Origin: Muribaculaceae bacterium
GTDB lineage: Bacteria; Bacteroidota; Bacteroidia; Bacteroidales; Muribaculaceae
DNA length: 64,000 nt
Assembly: GCA_022509225.1 (NCBI GenBank)
Contig: JAFLTM010000001.1
Location: 22,880 to 86,879 of the forward strand
Direction of reading: 5' to 3'
Shown: one piece after another, positions 60,250-64,000 of the stretch
Layout of the letters: every line of letters begins with the position of its first letter
Position numbering within the stretch: position 1 is the first letter of the stretch
Translations under genes and position numbers: made by a program
Notes under the pieces: generated by a model
Told to the model about the DNA's origin: nothing
Seen by the model: the letters and a program-made list of their open reading frames with translations, nothing else
The model's database searches: none

Positions 60250-63200
60250 TCAGTTTAATGGTTTTTTACCGTTGTTTTCCATCTCATATTTGGCGGCGGC
60301 TTTCAAAAACATCTGCCATCCTCGTCTCAACCAAGCCATGATATTGACATTGATATCACCACCAAGATCCGAAGAGATTCTTTCACTTTCATCTTCATCG
60401 ATATGGGTCCCACCCAGTCTGACTTCAGGATGTTGGAAACTACCTTTCAGATTAACACCGAAAGGGAGATGAAAAGGTGATTTCTCCAAGGCAAGATGAT
60501 AATACATATCACCTTTAATATTATTAATTCCCGCTATACCTATCTGATAGCCCCCGAACTGAAGCTTGAAAGGATTCACCTGCAGGATATTGTCATGGAA
60601 TCCTCCCGTTATATGCAGATTCGACAAATGAATGGGCTCATCTCCCTTGATAAGCATAAGATGGGTGAATCTTTCTATCTTTCCCTGACGCGCGAAATTC
60701 AGGCCGGTGCCGTCAATTTCAAATTTGGCCTCCAACGACCGGGAATTCATGAACATGTCGGGATACATGAGAAACCTGCAATTGACACCGGCATTTATAA
60801 ACCCGCTTAGATCTTTCAATTCCGGAGCCTTTGAAATCATTTCAGGAAATACGGAATAGAATGGTGTGAAACTGAAATTTCTTATGTCGGCTTTCAGATC
60901 CATGAATATATTGTCGAGTCGGGTAGTGGAATATGTCCAGTCAACCTCTGCAGTGCAATATGGAGTCCCTATGGTAAGACGGCTTAATGTGGCATCCCCG
61001 TTTTTCACCAATATGTCAGTTGAAAGTGGAGAAAATTTATAGCCCATATATTCCGCTGATTGCGACCGCAATCTCAGTTGGGCTTCAATATTGCGCGGTA
61101 TGGCAACACATATTGAATCCGAGGCATTATATGGTTCTTTTCCCGGCATGGCAAGTGCATCCTTTTCGCCGGATTTTATCAAAGTCCCATAATATCCCCA
61201 CGAAAGCTCATTAATATCTACATTGTCAAAATTTATGTTAGCATCCGCTTTGAGAAGCACCGGGTCCGGTGAATTGAGAAATCCTCTAAGTCCTTTTAAA
61301 TTTCCGCTCATACTTAAGGCTGAATGAGACACTCCTATCCTGGATACTGAAAATTCTATGTCATTTAAATTCGAAACAACCGACAATCCTTTGAAGTCTA
61401 TCGGGTAGAGATAGGCGGAGGATTTAAACCTTCCTTGTGTGAGTGTCAGTTCTGCATTTAGTGTGGCAAGGTTAGTTATTGTCTGAATCATGCCTCCACC
61501 TTGATATTCAAGATATAGAGGAGTGTGTGCTACCCTTTCGGCTATAATTTTGCCATCGTCTGATTCGTTGTTCGAATAAGTGGATTTGGCTTCTGCTACA
61601 GGCGATGAATTCAAATGTCCTTGGGCTTTCAATTTTAAACCTGAGCCTTCAAAAACTCCTGTATTTGACTCAACATTGAAGACACCGGAACTGAAAATAA
61701 GATTCCCTGCCGGGTCAGTCTCATCTGTTGTGTCTGCAAGATCAAGGTTCAGGTTAAACTGACCCACCTCAATTGAGGAACCGGCCAAAGGGGCACCCGA
61801 CAACTTCGATGCATCTATTTCCAGCTTAATTCTTGAATCCTTATATGTTGAAACCGGATATTCCGGAGTTGAAAAAATGTAGGCCGATCTGAGGTTGTCA
61901 ACAATTAAAAGATTTTTATTTGAAGACGTAGCAGCGCTGAGATATTTAGATTTTATGTCTCCTCTCATTTCAATATTACTTACACCTCCTCTTCCTAAAT
62001 CATTAAGGGCACAATTAACTGACACATTCCCGGCTATATTTCCCTTGACCTTAAAATCTGATATCGGCAGAAGATAGGATAGGGTTTCCATAAGATGGCT
62101 GCTGAAATCGGCATGACCTTTCACAACCTGTGTCTCTCCATTCAGATTGTCGAGTCTTCCTTGCAGTTCAAGTGAAATTCCCTCTCCACCCAACCGAAGA
62201 TTGCTTATCTCTACAAATGATTTTTCAGTTTCATCGGGATTATATTCACACACGGCGTTCAACATCACATCATTTGCACGTATCTCTTTTCCGTAAGGAG
62301 GAATATATCCTAAAGATGCGTCAGTGATATTGAGCGTAGCCTCAATTGCCGGAATTTCAGGAACAGCTCCGTTTTTCAACAAGGAATATTCAATAGACAA
62401 GGGATTGAGAATCTTGCAGTTTAATTCAAGCGGCAGATAACCTTCGATTCCCTTGGGAATTTCTATACCGGAAGGCAAGAATTCGGCGAGATTCCCCATC
62501 AAGTTGAATACGTTTGCTATTTTAAGGTTCAGGTCAAAGTTTTCCACCCTCAGTTTTTCCGAGTCAGCTTCAATATTGCCTTGCAATTCTGCCTTGATAT
62601 CTCCTATAACTACTCTCAGATTCTCCAGATTAAGTAAAAAATCATTGTATCTTAAAGTTGCCGTAGTGTTCATTGACACAGGTATCGGCTCATTCAGGTT
62701 ATAATTCTTCCAGCATCCTGCAATTGTGCCGTCAAATCCGAATTTGTAGCTTAATCCTCCGGTGTTTTCAAGATAAAATGAATCCATTGTCGCTTTCGCT
62801 TCAAGTGAATCGGGAACAGAGCTATAGCTTAGCTCAATAGGAGGATTTATTCGGAAATTATTGACAGAAATCTGTGGGATCTTCATCCCTCGCGGGATTT
62901 TAGGAAATATGTCAAAATTATCTTCAGTATCACTTTCAACATAAAGATTCACTGATGGTGAATTAATCTCCACATCCTTCAGCTCCACTTTCCCGGTTAT
63001 CAATTGTCGCACATTTATGCCTCCCTTTAATGCAACTATCGTGCCAAGCGGAACTGACGGAAATGATTTTGACATAATCCTTATCGAATCCGCTTCAAAA
63101 TATAGCCACGGAAAGGTTGAGAAAAATGTGTATTCGGCTGCTTTTACTTCAATTTTTCCATCAAGATATTCTTCACTTTTATCACCTATCAATCGTGCGA

Positions 63201-63375
63201 GCCGATCAGGAGTGAGATAAAGACTAACCCCGATGCAAAACCCTATAATCAAAACACCTACAATCCCCAAAAACCAACAAAATATTTTTAACAGGAGCAG
63301 CCATAGCTTTTTTTTCGGATTCTTTTCAAACCCGGATGCTTCATGACTATATGTATTGTCGTAGTATTTAGCCAT
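60250..63375 (-). CDS. AsmA-like protein
   Basis: N-terminal TM anchor, FFSTFP motif and a long beta-rich body, 1041 aa. Confidence 0.75.
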   Translation of the reverse strand: MAKYYDNTYSHEASGFEKNPKKKLWLLLLKIFCWFLGIVGVLIIGFCIGVSLYLTPDRLARLIGDKSEEYLDGKIEVKAAEYTFFSTFPWLYFEADSIRIMSKSFPSVPLGTIVALKGGINVRQLITGKVELKDVEINSPSVNLYVESDTEDNFDIFPKIPRGMKIPQISVNNFRINPPIELSYSSVPDSLEAKATMDSFYLENTGGLSYKFGFDGTIAGCWKNYNLNEPIPVSMNTTATLRYNDFLLNLENLRVVIGDIKAELQGNIEADSEKLRVENFDLNLKIANVFNLMGNLAEFLPSGIEIPKGIEGYLPLELNCKILNPLSIEYSLLKNGAVPEIPAIEATLNITDASLGYIPPYGKEIRANDVMLNAVCEYNPDETEKSFVEISNLRLGGEGISLELQGRLDNLNGETQVVKGHADFSSHLMETLSYLLPISDFKVKGNIAGNVSVNCALNDLGRGGVSNIEMRGDIKSKYLSAATSSNKNLLIVDNLRSAYIFSTPEYPVSTYKDSRIKLEIDASKLSGAPLAGSSIEVGQFNLNLDLADTTDETDPAGNLIFSSGVFNVESNTGVFEGSGLKLKAQGHLNSSPVAEAKSTYSNNESDDGKIIAERVAHTPLYLEYQGGGMIQTITNLATLNAELTLTQGRFKSSAYLYPIDFKGLSVVSNLNDIEFSVSRIGVSHSALSMSGNLKGLRGFLNSPDPVLLKADANINFDNVDINELSWGYYGTLIKSGEKDALAMPGKEPYNASDSICVAIPRNIEAQLRLRSQSAEYMGYKFSPLSTDILVKNGDATLSRLTIGTPYCTAEVDWTYSTTRLDNIFMDLKADIRNFSFTPFYSVFPEMISKAPELKDLSGFINAGVNCRFLMYPDMFMNSRSLEAKFEIDGTGLNFARQGKIERFTHLMLIKGDEPIHLSNLHITGGFHDNILQVNPFKLQFGGYQIGIAGINNIKGDMYYHLALEKSPFHLPFGVNLKGSFQHPEVRLGGTHIDEDESERISSDLGGDINVNIMAWLRRGWQMFLKAAAKYEMENNGKKPLN

Positions 63376-63379
63376 TACG

Positions 63380-64000
63380 TCATCTGGCTACGGTGATATG
63401 GAAACATCCCGTTTTAACTTCATATTTCACCAGACATCTTCCTTGATTCTTGAGATCTAACAGAACTTCCCCCAACAGGTTCTTTAAATCTCCTTGATTT
63501 ATCAGACGTGTTGTGTCTTCACAAAAGAAATTGACGTATGAAATATCAAAAGTCGTGGCATACTGATGAGTCGAGGAGTCGGTTGCATTCACATTCACCC
63601 TTCTTAACCTACCCACAGTTTCCGGTGTCCGGAGCAAACTGGTGACCTTGATTTTGTAACCATCTCCACCTCTTTTCCCCAATGAGTCGATAAAATTTTT
63701 ACCTATATCTTCAAGCAATCCTGCAGCCTCCGGCACAAGGTATGGGATGGAATGACGCAAGGAGTCTATCTGGTAATATTCGCCACTTGAAACCTTCACT
63801 ATCGGACGTTTGGTGAAATAACTTGTCCTTAAATCTTCTATCGGCTCTATTCCCAGCTGCTTTGCTATGACGAGCTGGTGGTAATTGCTGTCGTTGAAGA
63901 CTTTAGCCAAGGGCCCGATATTATTTACCCTTATTCTTCTAACACCTGTTGCCGAGGACACGGCAGGCTTGGGAGCATCCTTACTCCCCACCTCCTCAAC
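63380..64000 (-). CDS. DUF5715 family protein (peptidase M15-like fold), probably 5' partial
   Basis: FNDSN, LRHSIPYLVP, VTSLLRT, STHQYATTFDISY and CFHITV. The frame stays open to the window end. Confidence 0.8.
   Translation of the reverse strand, partial: VEEVGSKDAPKPAVSSATGVRRIRVNNIGPLAKVFNDSNYHQLVIAKQLGIEPIEDLRTSYFTKRPIVKVSSGEYYQIDSLRHSIPYLVPEAAGLLEDIGKNFIDSLGKRGGDGYKIKVTSLLRTPETVGRLRRVNVNATDSSTHQYATTFDISYVNFFCEDTTRLINQGDLKNLLGEVLLDLKNQGRCLVKYEVKTGCFHITVAR

Overview
Bacteroidales chromosomal DNA: SusC/SusD, type V pilus genes and TAnnTTTG promoters are present. Muribaculaceae is a reasonable guess but is only inference. From about 13.5 kb onward the window is mostly housekeeping: a TolC/HlyD/ABC-permease module, MATE, parAB, mltD, slyD, an HD phosphodiesterase, rel, ribH, dciA, recF, upp, ribF, pfkA, an aminotransferase, a susCDEF cluster, gap, gyrB, recA, ruvB, SRP RNA, tRNA-Thr, wzz/wza, a HAD-AroB fusion and an AsmA-like gene. 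The first 13.3 kb is accessory and holds the interesting signals. (1) A 256+ codon ORF missing from the ORF track (minus strand, 770 to the window edge) resembles a phage major capsid protein. It follows a scaffold-like gene and faces away from a small basic gene across a spacer carrying four ATAGCAnTGCTAT-type sites. No integrase, replication or lysis genes lie to the right, so this may be a domesticated or GTA-like head module. (2) An intact HUH/Y1 (RAYT/IS200-like) transposase fused to a DprA/SLOG-like domain is flanked on both sides by same-orientation tandem arrays of an 18-19 bp non-palindromic repeat. Both arrays decay at the same end, and one inverted copy sits on the gene's own -33 promoter box. 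(3) A six-gene type V (Mfa/Fim) pilus operon. All family assignments come from motif recognition by eye; no database searches were run.
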